A program made the translations under genes and the position numbers. The notes below the pieces were generated by a model. It had not been told where the DNA came from. It made no database searches and saw only the letters and a list, made by a program, of their open reading frames with translations. DNA of 63,953 nucleotides, filler included, from Aduncisulcus paluster (taxonomy: Eukaryota): the NCBI GenBank assembly GCA_024181965.1. It is 20 parts of 20 records of this genome, joined end to end, with 100 filler letters (N's around TTAATTAATTAA, not from the genome) between each part and the next. Parts side by side here need not be neighbours in the genome. Positions count along the whole stretch, not along the records: positions 1 to 7,933 come from BQXS01010203.1; positions 8,034 to 10,790 come from BQXS01010205.1; positions 10,891 to 12,566 come from BQXS01010206.1; 17 more parts are not named here. The stretch is one strand, 5' to 3'. Numbering within the stretch: the stretch's first letter is position 1; each line of letters begins with the position of its first letter. This document shows, in pieces, positions 1 to 12,666 of this stretch.

Positions 1-832
1 GTGGAGCTTTCCCAATGGTTGAAGAGAGATAGATTTGGGAGTGGTTGTTAGTCCTTGCTGGTCGTCTGAGAAAGCTCCAGTCGAATGTCTTCTATGGTTT
101 GTATATTCATGTTTATGTGAGAGCTGTTCTTCTCCACTTGAAGAAGAAGAGGAGGAAGCCGAAGTCGAGGAGGAAGAGGCATAGGAGGAGGAGGAGGAGG
201 AGAGGGATGGAGAGTACCCAGGAGAGGAGGAAGAAGAGGAGGATTTGCTTTGGTGATGTGTGTCTTTTCTTGATAATTTAATGGAGGATGAAAGATCGGA
301 GGTTTCACCATATTCATCAAGATCACTGGTATCCTTATCATCAGGGATCTGAACAACTTGCTCAACATCCTCTTCATCCTCTGAATCATTCTCTTCTTCT
401 TCTTCTCCTTCTTCTTCTTCTTCCTCTTCTTCAGATGTAGAAGCCTTTTTCCCTCTTCTTTTGCGGACTAACGAATTATGAACATACGCATAAGTTCTAC
501 GAGAATTCTTGCGTTTAACGTGAGAAAATGAAACTAATAATAAATCTAATCCTTTTTTATCGCTCGTAGGTGTAATTCTTTTTTTGCATCCAAGATCTCC
601 ATAAATGAGCATTCGAGAGCGTTTAGGAGATTCTGTTCCAATTTGAGATTTAATTAAATGCCTCAATTCGGAAATATTTTTTAGTTTTGATTTTTCTACA
701 CTCCCTACTTGGACTGGACTACTTGAGGGTCTTTTCACAAATAACTGTTGAAAAGGAAAAACAAATATAAATTCATAATCCGATTTAATCGAAAATAATA
801 TCAAATAGACATACAGGAATTGTCTCGGGCAT
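1..832 (-). CDS. Hypothetical S/E-rich low-complexity protein, 3'-partial, one intron (745-814); missed by the ORF track
   Basis: ATG at 832 gives MPETIP. A 70-nt GTATGT...ttttccttttcaacAG intron follows, then an open frame LFVKRPSS...EEEEEE...SSSSS...LGKLH runs off the window start. Confidence 0.75.
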
Positions 833-1196
833 TGTGACAGTGAACAAAATATCCAATAACGTCTAGATTATCGGTAATAATATTACTAGGGGGGTGATTT
901 AAATGTATAATTGTATAGTATTTCAAGAAATCTTATTTTCAATTTTATTCATGCTAAAGATCCGCAGAAAAAATTTTTTCGTCATTTTAGCAAAAATTTC
1001 CCATTTTAAAACTCAAAAATTAATTTACAATAAACGTTATTTAAATTTTATCCTCCGATTCTTAATTATGAAGATATTTTCATTCTTAACCGAATTTTGA
1101 GCTGTTGTTGCCGAATTGAATTAAATTTATTCAATATTTTGATTTACTTTCTTACTATATTATTTCATACTTTGTATTTTTTTTATTATTCACTCA

Positions 1197-2796
1197 ATGT
1201 ATAATTTATTTGAAAGATTAGAAAGTGGGAAGGTGGCCCGAGACGAATTGTATGATTTTTTGTTGGAATTACATGGTAAACCTGATGATAAACCGTCTCA
1301 TGAAGATTTGATGCCCGTCTATCAGGCTCCAGTGAGTCCTGCTGCATCAGCTGCTGCCTGCCCCCATGCTACAATGGCTGCTGGATTATCTGTTGAACAA
1401 AGATTAGAATTATCCGCATATAAAAGGGAAGAGAAACTTATGAAACGGCGAATTCAATTGCAGGAAGAACAGATGAAAGAATGCACATTCCAACCTGCAG
1501 TATCGTCCACTGCATACACTGTATTGGGTACTCACACTCCTGTTAAAGGCCGTATAATGTCACATATAGCAAATAATACTTCGTACGAGCAATATGGAGG
1601 TGATCCTTATGGTCCGGCAGAGATTATCACCCACCGACGCTCTACAGTCCCAGTTCAGCCCTTTAAAGCTCCATTTAAACCTGATATCTCGAAATCTCAG
1701 CAGAAAGTAAGTGTTAGAGGAGCGTATAAATCGGTTCCAGTACACCAGAGGCTTTATTCTCTCGCAATGAGTAGAGAAAGGGAGAGGGATAAACAGGAAG
1801 AAGAGAGAGAGCAACAGCAGCTTCAAGAGAAGAAAATGAGTGAGAAAAGGATGTATCAGGGGGCTGGACCTGTCAGAAGTGATAGTTGGCTGAGTTTTGA
1901 ACAACGCCAGAAGGCTCTCTTGCACCGAAGAGAGATGAAGAGAAGAGAGGCCTCCAAGATTGACAGAAAGAAACTCACCCCTCATATCAATTCCTTCTCG
2001 AGATCAATAGCTTCCAGAGCTGGGAGACAATCCCTTGTCGACAGAGCGGATTCTATCCAGAAGCAAAAGGCTCAGCGAATTGAAAGAGAATCGCAGCATC
2101 ATGTACCAAATCGGGTTCGGGAAAGGCCAAGGTCTGCAGGTCCAATGAGGATATCGTCCCGGGCTGGAGCACCGGCTGCTTTTGACCGGCTCTATCGGGA
2201 TGCTTCAATTAGAAAACGAAGAAAAGAGGAAAAGAAACAAATGGTAACGCGTCAGACACTTCGTACGGTGACTGGAAGGCCTGAGGTTCACCATCCAACA
2301 TATTTAAATCATGTGCAAGCTGTGGTCAGACCAACAGATCATGATTATATTGAAAAGCTTAGTAGGCAACAATTTGATAAACGTATATTCACAGAAAGGA
2401 TGAAAGAAATGGAACGTGAGAAAGAAATGGAAGAATGTACCTTCCAGCCTCGATTATGCTCAAATATTTCTTCAGTTGTGTCTACAGTTGCTGATAAACG
2501 CCGGAGAAATGAAGAAGGGGAGTTTATGGAACGTATGCATGATGAAAGGAGGAAAAATGGAAATCATTTACTTAGTACTCATGCTTTCCGTGATGGAGAT
2601 ATATTACGTCATAGAACAATGATTAGAGGTAAGTTGTGATGGATTCTTTCCATATGAAAAAATAAATTGTTAATTTTATGGAATTTTTATGAAAAATATT
2701 GTATTTTTCTTCTTAGTTCATCGAGATAGTGATGGGAAATCACAAAAGCCCTTATTTGAACTCATTCTTGATTGTCAAAGAAAAATTTACTTGTAA
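1197..2796 (+). CDS. Hypothetical charged/coiled-coil protein with repeated ECTFQP motifs; probable terminal intron 2629-2716
   Basis: 480-aa ORF with two ECTFQP motifs and two RLY motifs. It ends at a GTAAGT donor; splicing to ttcttcttAG (2716) adds VHRDSDG...KIYL and a TAA at 2796. Confidence 0.7.
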
Positions 2797-3267
2797 AATG
2801 TATCTTCTTTGTTAAAAATGAAAATAATATATTGGAATTAAGTTGGCTCTGATATTGAGCTATCTTCGTTTATTTTGTTAATAGTTTGTTCTTATTTACA
2901 ATCCTTTGAACTTGTTTGTTGGCATTTATTCGAAATATTGACTTTTTATGTGGTCATTCCTATTTTTCTTAATTTGATCCAAATCATTGCATATGCTGGA
3001 GAGAAGATCTATTTCCAGAATCAATTATTATTTGATTCTTATTTATGTGATTTCTTTATTTTCAAATTAAATTTTTGTGATTTTTGGGATGATTTTTTGT
3101 CTGATTGACAAGATTTTTTGTCACGCTGAAATGTTCAATATTTGCAGTGGTTCTATCTATAAAACGCAATATTTTGCTTTAAAACAAATTATTAGCATTT
3201 ATTTAAAATCATATTTATAATTACATTCATTTTGTCCTTCTCAATATTTTTTTTTTTGAAATTTTTG

Positions 3268-5083
3268 ATGTCTCGACCTGATATACACGATGCTCAAACT
3301 CCTATATTTAAAATGGATGAACAAATTGATATTCCTGTTCGCTTAAATGGGGTAGATCCCAAGATTTTCCTTGCTGAAGCCAGTGGAAAAAGACGGTTCC
3401 GAATCGATTCTCCGATTTCCGATATTAAGCTTCCAACAAAGAGTTCTTCGACACATTTCACTCCAATTGTGCATGTAAGACAAGAAAAAGTGGTTTCTGA
3501 AACCGATCAACCCCAATCAACACCTTCATTTACTCTACCAAAAGAGAAAGAGCCAGAAAAGGCCAAACCAAAAGATTTATCGAGTGAAATTGACAATTGT
3601 CAACATATTCCTATTCCTCCAATATCTGAAAGCTCAAATCCATCAAAGGTTTCGATTCCAGCGCCAGATGTTCCTTCTTCGCCAGGAAAAGTTGTAAGAA
3701 AGACTATTCTTGGCTTTAGATGGAATGGACATCGATATGTGAACTATGCTGAACGTAAAACTCTGACAATTGAACAAATGGAAAAATTGTGTGTTGATAA
3801 GAATATTGATGTTGCTCAAATTACTTATGTTAAGCATGAAAAGCCACCAAAATATAAAATTTCTACCAAATATAAGAAAACAAAGACATACTCTACATCT
3901 GGATATACTTATTCCGCCAAAGAACGAGCCTTGGTCAGAGAGTCGTCAGATCCGGATTATGTCTCTTCTTCATCTTCTCACAAACGTTCCAGAAAGAGTA
4001 TTCGGTCTTGCACAAAAGATTCGTTTGGTTTTGGATCTTCTGACTCCACTTCTTCCACTGGTCATGTTGATTCTGCTTCCCACCCGACTACACCCCCTCC
4101 TTTCCTCACTCAAAACCTTGCATATGGCAAGGATGATCCTGTATTTCATTATTATAGTAGCCAGTGTCAAGCTATTGGACAAGGATCAATGCATATTCCC
4201 GGAATCGGTGTCACTGAGGGTGTTAAGGATCGATTTATCCATGCAAAAAGGCTCGCAGAGACATGCCAGCGATTGATGCAACGAAATGAAACCTCTTTGG
4301 GTTCAGAATCTACCGTTCAGAAGACTGGGGGTGGGCCTGGTTCCGATATTGAGAGTACGGACGGTTCGGGACCGTCTACAACCGAAGAAAAAGTAGAAAC
4401 CGGTGCCCAACAGTCGGCCGATATGTTTCCGATGACGGTTGAAGCCTGTATTGAAATGTATGGGACATGTATTGACAGTTGCATTTCTTTCCTTGAAGNN
4501 NNNNNNNNNNNNNNNNNNGCGATTGATGCAACGAAATGAAACCTCTTTGGGTTCAGAATCTACCGTTCAGAAGACTGGGGGTGGGCCTTGTTCCGATATT
4601 GAGAGTACGGACGGTTCGGGACCGTCTACAACCGAAGAAAAAGTAGAAACCGGTGCCCAACAGTCGGCCGATATGTTTCCGATGACGGTTGAAGCCTGTA
4701 TTGAAATGTATGGGACATGTATTGACAGTTGCATTTCTTTCCTTGAAGATTCGCTGAAAGGTGTTCATTCTGCACTTTATTCAACCTGGAAATTCCTTGG
4801 AACTACTGTACAACAAGGAGAGGAAAAGACAGAAAGGATTGTTCCTCAACGCACCACCAAAGATGATACCATGGATGGTGTAGATCCTTCGGGAGAACCT
4901 CATAAAATTCCAACATCAACAGATATGATTAGGACCACGTTGTCCTCGTTTAATGGTGCTTTAAACGAAGCTGTGTTATTTTGTAATAACTTTCGGCGAG
5001 GATCTTCATCGGCAATGAAATCTCTTAAGGATTGTGTGGCATCTTTCTTGTTTAATGGAGAAGAAGGCGAAAAGGCGGAATAA
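3268..5083 (+). CDS. Hypothetical S/P-rich protein, split by an assembly gap with duplicated flanks
   Basis: ORFs 3232-4539 and 4439-5083 join once the ~230-bp duplication around the N-gap at 4499-4518 is collapsed. First ATG is at 3268. Confidence 0.65.
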
Positions 5084-6073
5084 AATGTGGACGGATATGA
5101 TACCCTTTCAATTATTGATATAATCATTCAATATAGATTCACTGTTTTTATATTAACTCCATCTAACGGGATGAATTTTAAAAAATGAAACAAAATAAAC
5201 TTTGCAAAAGAATCAAGGTCTTCAAATCGTGTTGTTTTATACAGCATGTCATGCTGTCAGCATGGATTAAATGAGTGAAATACAGTATTATAAACGACAT
5301 GTGCTAAGCAATGTTTTTTGGAAACTAAATTAATACAGCATCATTAACATTGAAAATTGGATTATTTCTGCTTGTATTCTTGTTTTTTTCCATCGATGCG
5401 TGCGATGTATGACTTGGAGATGGGTACGAATCCTGGCAATAGTTTACAATAGTCACACATGGAAGCATGGAAGTGGGGCATGATAACTTTCTCGGCACTG
5501 AGAATCCAACTCGGAACAGAGCACCAGAAATGAAATATAAAGGGAACATGTAAAATGCGAAACTTTAATTTTATGCTAAATATATCATCAGAGGTTTGGT
5601 ATTNNNNNNNNNNNNNNNNNNNNGATGCGTGCGATGTATGACTTGGAGATGGGTACGAATACTGGCAATAGTTTACAATAGTCACACATGGAAGCATGGA
5701 AGTGGGGCATGATAACTTTCTCGGCACTGAGAATCCAACTCGGAACAGAGCACCAGAAATGAAATATAAAGGGAACATGTAAAATGCGAAACTTTAATTT
5801 TATGCTAAATATATCATCAGAGGTTTGGTATTGGACACAAAAAACGGGGATCCAATTGATTTTGTATTAAACCGATGTTAAATTGCATAATAGCGAAACT
5901 AAGATTTCATACAATTCCATATATTACCATTCTCAACATTTATTATGAACCAAGTAGACAGCCAAAGCATTGGAGAACTTCGAGACTCTCATGTCAGCTT
6001 TTGGTTGCATAAAGAATAAGCATTTTCTCAATTCACTGATTTATTTCGGTGATTATTTAATATATAGTGTCTG

Positions 6074-7933
6074 ATGAAGGAATATAAATTGAATTCAAAA
6101 AATGATACCTCAAAGGATCTGAGAACCGATCAAATGAAGAGGAACGAGACAGAACTGAATGCTCTAATTGTTTCAATTAAAAGGACATCTTCTCAATCCG
6201 CTGTCACATCACTTTATGAGGAATCATGTCCTCGGCTCAAGGCTATCTTTGATGAATCCACTTCTTCACCTTCTGATATCACCATCCAATCGAGATCTCT
6301 TCGCTCTCTGTTTCGAATGTTTATCTTTGTTCATGAAGCATAAAGTTACAAAAGAAGATGGAACTTTGAAGGAAGCTGAGGATGATATTGAGGTTATTCT
6401 AGATAGTTCTTCCAGCAAGAACATTATTGACACTTTCTTGCCATCAATGATCCGAGTTGAAAGTATTCTGAGAGTGAAAGAAGAAGAAGAAGAAGAAGGT
6501 GGAACTGGTGAAGTTGGAGTGAATTCTAGCACAATGTCATTGTTCAGGATAATTGATATTTCTACATTTCCTGGTCTACTTCGTATTTCTATTTTCCCCC
6601 AAATCTCTTCTCTCCTCTCCAAGATGTTATCTTTTGACCTATCCAAAAAAATTGAAGATTCTTTCATTGAGGACATCCTTCAAACATGCAGAAATATTGC
6701 ATTTGCCAAAGATGATTGCACCAAGAACTCTCTTTTATCCCTTCTTCTCCCTCATATCTTACCTTGGATGCAGAAATATCCTGACAAGAAGTTCTTTTTC
6801 TTGTGGACAAACATCTTGAAAAATATCACTCTTGATAAAGATAACAAGAACCCTCATAAAGATCGTTCCTCACAACTTTGGTTTGTGTTTCATCCTGTCT
6901 TGGATGTTATCACGGATACAACTTCCAAAGGTATTACATTTGATGATGATGCTGTCATTCGTTGTTTATTGTTCTTCGCTAACTTGAGTTGCATTCCTTC
7001 CCAAGCTATTAAAATTCATGATTCTATTAAAGCTGGTCTTCTCGATAGTTGGATTGAGATGGCAATGGAGAAGAGTGAAGAAGAGGATCTTGATAGATTC
7101 GGGGCCAAATTTTGGTCCAAACTCATTTCTATACTCTCCACAGTCCCATCGATTGTCGTTCAGTTATCTCCCAAATATGATGACAAAATGGAATGGTGCA
7201 AGAATAATAGAGGATGGAGGATAGTTTATATGAGATATATTGGCAATAGTTATCCTTCTTTGAAGAAATGGATCGACTTAGCTGAAATTGTAGATAAATG
7301 CCCCAATTCAGAATCCAAATCTAATCTTTACCACAAATACCGAGATGAGATACTTTCTGTCTTCCGTACAATCAAGGAGTGAGATTATTGAACAGAAGAA
7401 AGAGATTATGCTTTGTTTTCGATGCTTAGGGTTGTTTGTAAGCCATGATAACATTTTTGGAAATTCTATCTTTCTCCCTATGTCTGATCTTGATAATCTC
7501 ATTGACACTTTCTTTGATCATTTATCAGGTGTTGAGGAAATATTAGAAGGAGATGTTGACAGATATTATTTTGGTATTTGTGTTAATTTTACCTTTAAAA
7601 CTATTGATTTGACATCTTTTTTTTCGAAGATCTATGCCACTCTTCAACGTATTCTTGAAAGGGGAAGTAAGGAAAAGTTGGATAGTGATGTTGTTGATTC
7701 CTTATTGCGTACACTTGTAAATATCTCTGAAATTTTTCCCACTCGATCCTCTATTATCACTCTCATCAAACCATATATCAAAGATTGGTTGAGGATTCAG
7801 GACAATTTTGAGGATTATGGGATATGGATGTTTATTCTATCACATGTCACACTCGCAGAAGATGGTATTATCTTCAGCAAATCACTTTGCTCTGAAGCTT
7901 GGCCTTTCTTCTACCCTGTTCTTGATGTTGTTA
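6074..7933 (+). pseudogene. Alpha-helical (HEAT/ARM-like) repeat family member, two frameshifts, 3'-truncated
   Basis: Three consecutive ORFs in different frames (6074, 6168, 7345) carry the family motifs FHPVLDV, LLFFANLSC, SPKYDDKMEWC and LIKPYIKDWLRI, shared with 26433-28277 and 34947-36565. Confidence 0.7.
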
Positions 7934-8033
7934 NNNNNNNNNNNNNNNNNNNNNNNNNNNNNNNNNNNNNNNNNNNNTTAATTAATTAANNNNNNNNNNN
8001 NNNNNNNNNNNNNNNNNNNNNNNNNNNNNNNNN
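7934..8033. other. Artificial contig linker (N44-TTAATTAATTAA-N44), repeated 19 times in the window
   Basis: An identical 100-bp block with stops in all six frames recurs at about 10791, 12567, 16402, 18548, 26333, 28850, 36566, 41870, 43685, 47445, 49114, 50936, 52827, 54406, 57007, 58752, 60884 and 62587. Confidence 0.97.
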
Positions 8034-10790
8034 CGTAGTAAGCTGGAATGTGCGTCCCTTTCCTTGTCTGACGTTGTTAGCTATTCCTCTGTCTCTTCTG
8101 TGAATGACATCACTACTCTTCAGGGTCTTGAGTACGCCCAGGGAGTTGATTCTGACACTGACACTCCTATTGGTCTGACATCTCTGACTCTTGATGGGTA
8201 TGACTTGAGTGGAGACATCAATGACAATGCTGAGTATGATAAGTTGGTTGTTCGGATATTATCCAAAGCCGTGACTGCTGGCGATATCGACTCTGGTCTC
8301 ACGCATTTATCAGTGAGTGGGTGTGGGTTGAATGCTGTCAGTGATGTGCTTGACTTGACTCCAATTAACTCATACGACACTTCCACCCAGCCTTTCAAGC
8401 TCACATACCTTGATCTTTCGAACAACTCCATCTCTGATGTGTCCGTTCTGCTCACCTCTGATCTCTTCCCTGCTGATGCTCTCACAACCCTTGATATCAG
8501 CTCCAACAACATCTGTGACATTGACAATGTTGTCACTGATCTTCAATCCAAATTCACAAACCTCTCAACATTGATATATTCTGACCAAACATGTCATTGT
8601 TCTGCATCCGTGTCTTCTTCAGCTCATCAAGTGTGTCGTGAAGTATACCCCGATCGTTGGGCTGTCGAGTGCTGGAATGGGTACTATCTCGATAAAAGTA
8701 CTGGAACTTGTGTTGAAACCACTGATTCCTCGGACATTATCCGTTGTCAAGTATGTGAAAGAAACCCCAATATGATGGCTGTTCTTGAGGAAGGAGCTTC
8801 ATCCATCACATGTGGTTGTCGATCTGCCTGGTATGGAGATAATTGTGACCAATTGTATCAAGTTCACATTCCTGACTTTAATTTGAGGGACTTTATTTGT
8901 ACTGATCTTGGCTATTCTACATCTGACTGTGATATCTCAGCGCCTGAAATTAGACAACAAACCTCTGCTCTAGATTTGAGTGGATATGTCATTCATGATC
9001 TCACTGGTATTGAACTATATTCAAATGTTCCTACAGTTTCACTTGGGCAATCTTCTGTTGAGTCTGTGTTACCTCTGGATTCTCTTGGTCAAATCTATTC
9101 CCTCGATATGTCAAGCATCTCCTCATTGGATGGTATTGATTCATTTGAGAATATCAACCGTCTCAGAACCGTTGATACTTATTCTAATGAAGATTTCTTT
9201 GATCTTTCAATGTTTTATAGGAACTTGTCATTGAATTACATTCGATCTTCTGACAAAAATGACACTGAATCTGCAACTCTTGTGTGTCGCTCGGAGGATG
9301 ATTCAACTTTCCTTTCTTATATCTCCAAAGTGTTCCCTGAATACACGATCGATACTGACTTATTGTCTGAAATATTGACTTCTGATTGTGCTAACACTGG
9401 CAATTCTTATTGTGATGCCACTGATGACCATTGTCCATCAATTGTTTTGAATGAAGTGTATAATCCTGTGACGGCTGTGAAAGAATGTTCTGCTATCTCT
9501 AAGCTTGGATCCAACGGTGAATGTTTCACTATTCACGATGACCAAGTCAGGTTGTATGTTAATAATATATTCTCCCCCCCAGTTGAATCTAACGGTATTA
9601 TCTCCGTGGCTTCATTGAGACATAACATTCCCACATATCGGTATTATATTTATTCAAGGAGTTTTAACATCAATCAGGAAACCATCACAACTTTACGTGG
9701 TATTGAGTATTTACAAGGTATTAATGACAGTAATGATGCTCTTGGATTGACTTATGGTGTTTTCACTGGTTATGATCTGTCTGGAAGGACTAACATCAAT
9801 GCTGAGTATGATCGAAAGGTTATTAAAATGTTAGCCAAACGTTCCACAATTGGCAATATCAATACTGGTCTCACTTATTTGAATGTGGCTTCTTGCGGTT
9901 TATCATCACTTGATCAGGTCCTTGACTTCACTCCAATCGTTTCTGGTGATCCCGCAACAAATAATTTCAGACTTGACATCCTGTACTTATCCAATAACTC
10001 TATCTCTGATATTTCACAGCTTATGACTGAATCACTGTTCCACGGTAATATTCTTGAGACTCTTGATGTTAGTTATAACAATATATGTGATATTGATGGA
10101 ATGGTCAGTCAATTACAATTCAAATTCACTATTTTGAGCACAATTACATACAATGACCAGATATGTCATTGTTCCGCTCCTGTTTCATCAGTTGATCATC
10201 AAGTGTGTCGTGAAGTGTATCCCGATCGTTGGGCTGTCGAGTGCTGGAATGGGTACTATCTTGACAAAGCCACTGGAGAGTGTGTTGAAGCCACTGATTC
10301 CAATGTTTATTATTCCCAAGTTTGTGAACCTGAACCCAATATGATGGCTGTTCTTGAGCCAGGTGCTTCTGTTGTCGCATGTGGATGTAGATCTGCCTGG
10401 TATGGCGATAACTGTGACCAGTTGTATGAAGTGCATATTCCTGACTTCAATTTGAGGAGTATTATTTGTGAGAAAGTTGGATATTCTGCCGATAGTCTTT
10501 GTGATGTATCCGAGTTTGAAATCTCATCTCTTGGCTCGATGTCGATCGGTGAAAATGAACGTCAAATTGATTCGATTGAAGGTTTTCAGAACCTTATAAA
10601 TTCGAGTTCTATTTATTTGATGTCCAAAAACATTCCAATTATCGAATATCTTGCCAATCTAAACCAGACTCAAGATCTTCTTGTTTTTTACAACTCGATC
10701 ACCATGGATGAGTTGTCTAAATTATACCAACTTAATCGTCTTTCTGAGATTCGTTTCTATGGAAATGACAACATTTATGATGTTTCAATA
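8034..10790 (+). CDS. Modular leucine-rich-repeat + Cys-rich (EGF-like) surface protein, internal fragment
   Basis: Open frame across the whole contig with LRRs (LTYLDLSNNSISDVS). It has two copies of the module CHCSA..HQVCREVYPDRWAVECWNGYYLD..CGCRSAWYGDNC followed by IPDFNLR. Confidence 0.85.
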
Positions 10791-10890
10791 NNNNNNNNNN
10801 NNNNNNNNNNNNNNNNNNNNNNNNNNNNNNNNNNTTAATTAATTAANNNNNNNNNNNNNNNNNNNNNNNNNNNNNNNNNNNNNNNNNNNN

Positions 10891-12566
10891 AATGCACGAA
10901 CGTCGTTATCTGTAAGCTTTGGATCCCGGATAAATTCAATTATGTTATCTATCTCGGCTTCTACGGTCAGCGTGTTACATGTCAAGCTCTGAAGCTTATA
11001 CAGCTTATCGCCGAGCTTTAGAATCACCTTATAGGGTCCTGTGAAGGCTGGATATAATTTAGAGACTCCAATGTCTCTCTTTAACAAGACGTAATCATCT
11101 GTCTCAAGTGTTCTGATTTTTCCCTCGGTATCCTTTTCCAGCTTTTGTCTTTGGTGGATCTCCGAACGTCTTTGAAGTTTTCTTATATTGTCTGTGAGCG
11201 TGCTTACATATTCCATCTCTTCTACCCTCCTTTCCGGAAGTTCGCTCTCAGACTCTCGTAGTTCTGTCGTCCAGTCCCTTATCACTGATTTCGGAAGTGT
11301 CTTTCCGTAAACCAGCTCGTTTGGTGTTACTCCAGTGCTGCTATGCACTGTACTATTGATTACCGATTGCACCATGGGAATGTATACTCCCCAGTTATCC
11401 ATTGTTCCAATCTCTATTAGAAGAGCTTGTAGATGTTTTTCTACTTCCCTGTTCACTCGTTCAACCACGCCATTACTCTGGTGGTGATGTTTCGTGGTGA
11501 TATGGTGTTTGATCGACAAGGTGTCATAAAGATGATCCGCTAGATAGTTGGAATATTGCGGCCCTCCGTCGGTCATAGTTACTCTAGGAGTACCATACCT
11601 GGCGATTATTCTTCCGATAATCATGTCGGCTGCTTCTACTGAGGTTCCTGATCTCGCGGCTGCGAGTTCCACATATCTTGTGAAGTTGTCCACTGCGACG
11701 ATGATATACTTGTTCCCTTGTTTATCGGGATCCAGTGGACCAATTGTATCCACACTGAATGTGTGGAAAGGTGTTCCTTTATGCACATGCAGCGGGGCTG
11801 CTTTTGTCGGCTTCTTTGCCTTGATCTTTTGGCAAACTGCGCATTTTGCTACGAATGTGTTGACATCCGAGTGCAATCCGGCCCAGCTGACCCCCGAGTC
11901 GAGGATTTTCGTGCTGGTTTGGACTCTCCCTCCATGTCCAGCTAATGCATTATGATGCATAGCAATAATTTTGGTTTTTGTATCCGTGTCGGACATAGGA
12001 ATAAAGATATTATCCCCTTTTTTTGTGAAGTATAACCCCCCGTCTTCGTATAACGTGAGTTTTTCGGCGTCAGTAATTTTCTTCTGACTTTCCTTGCAAA
12101 TCTCTAACAAGCTTTCCTTGTCAACCACCGTACGGCGTACCTCGACTAATCGGCTCAACGTATCCGCTATTATATTGTTTTCTCCTGCCACGTGGACGAG
12201 TTTAAACTGGTACTCCTGTACTGCAATAGCCCAGCGTCGGACCTTTGCATTTTTAGACGTACGCATGAATATAAGGTTGCGATGGACGGTTTCGATAGTG
12301 AATTCGAACCCTCTAATGAATTTCGAAATCTTCTCCAAACAGAAGAAGATAGCATAGCATTCCTTTTCAATTGTGGGCCAATTTAATTGTGCTCCACGAA
12401 AGGCCTTGCTAATATACAGTATATGCTCCTCTTTTCCGTCTTTTGATCGCTGGAGGAGAACACCTCCTGCGCCGACGTCTGAAGCATCAGTTCTCAATAC
12501 GATCTCCTTTTCGTAATCGATGTGAGTTAGTACTGGTCTTTTCAGGAGTAATTCCTTGAGTTTCTT
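10891..12566 (-). mobile_element. pol: Ty3/Gypsy LTR retrotransposon pol fragment (RNase H + integrase)
   Basis: RNase H motifs TDASDVGAG, EKECYAI and NIIADTLSR. Integrase H-H-C-C zinc finger (HHNALAGH..CAVC), DDE core SVDTIGP/TDGGPQY/VERVN and GPY motif FTGPYKV. RNase H precedes integrase. Confidence 0.93.
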
Positions 12567-12666
12567 NNNNNNNNNNNNNNNNNNNNNNNNNNNNNNNNNN
12601 NNNNNNNNNNTTAATTAATTAANNNNNNNNNNNNNNNNNNNNNNNNNNNNNNNNNNNNNNNNNNNN

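Noticed and set aside
4270..4748. Direct duplications flanking 20-N gaps (also at 5604, 20024, 30204, 40365)
   Set aside because: These ~200-290-bp near-identical overlaps on each side of a fixed-size gap are unmerged scaffold overlaps, not biological repeats.
7934..8033. Recurrent TTAATTAATTAA motif (repeat array, CRISPR or piggyBac site?)
   Set aside because: It is always embedded in N44 flanks, so it is an artificial six-frame-stop contig linker.
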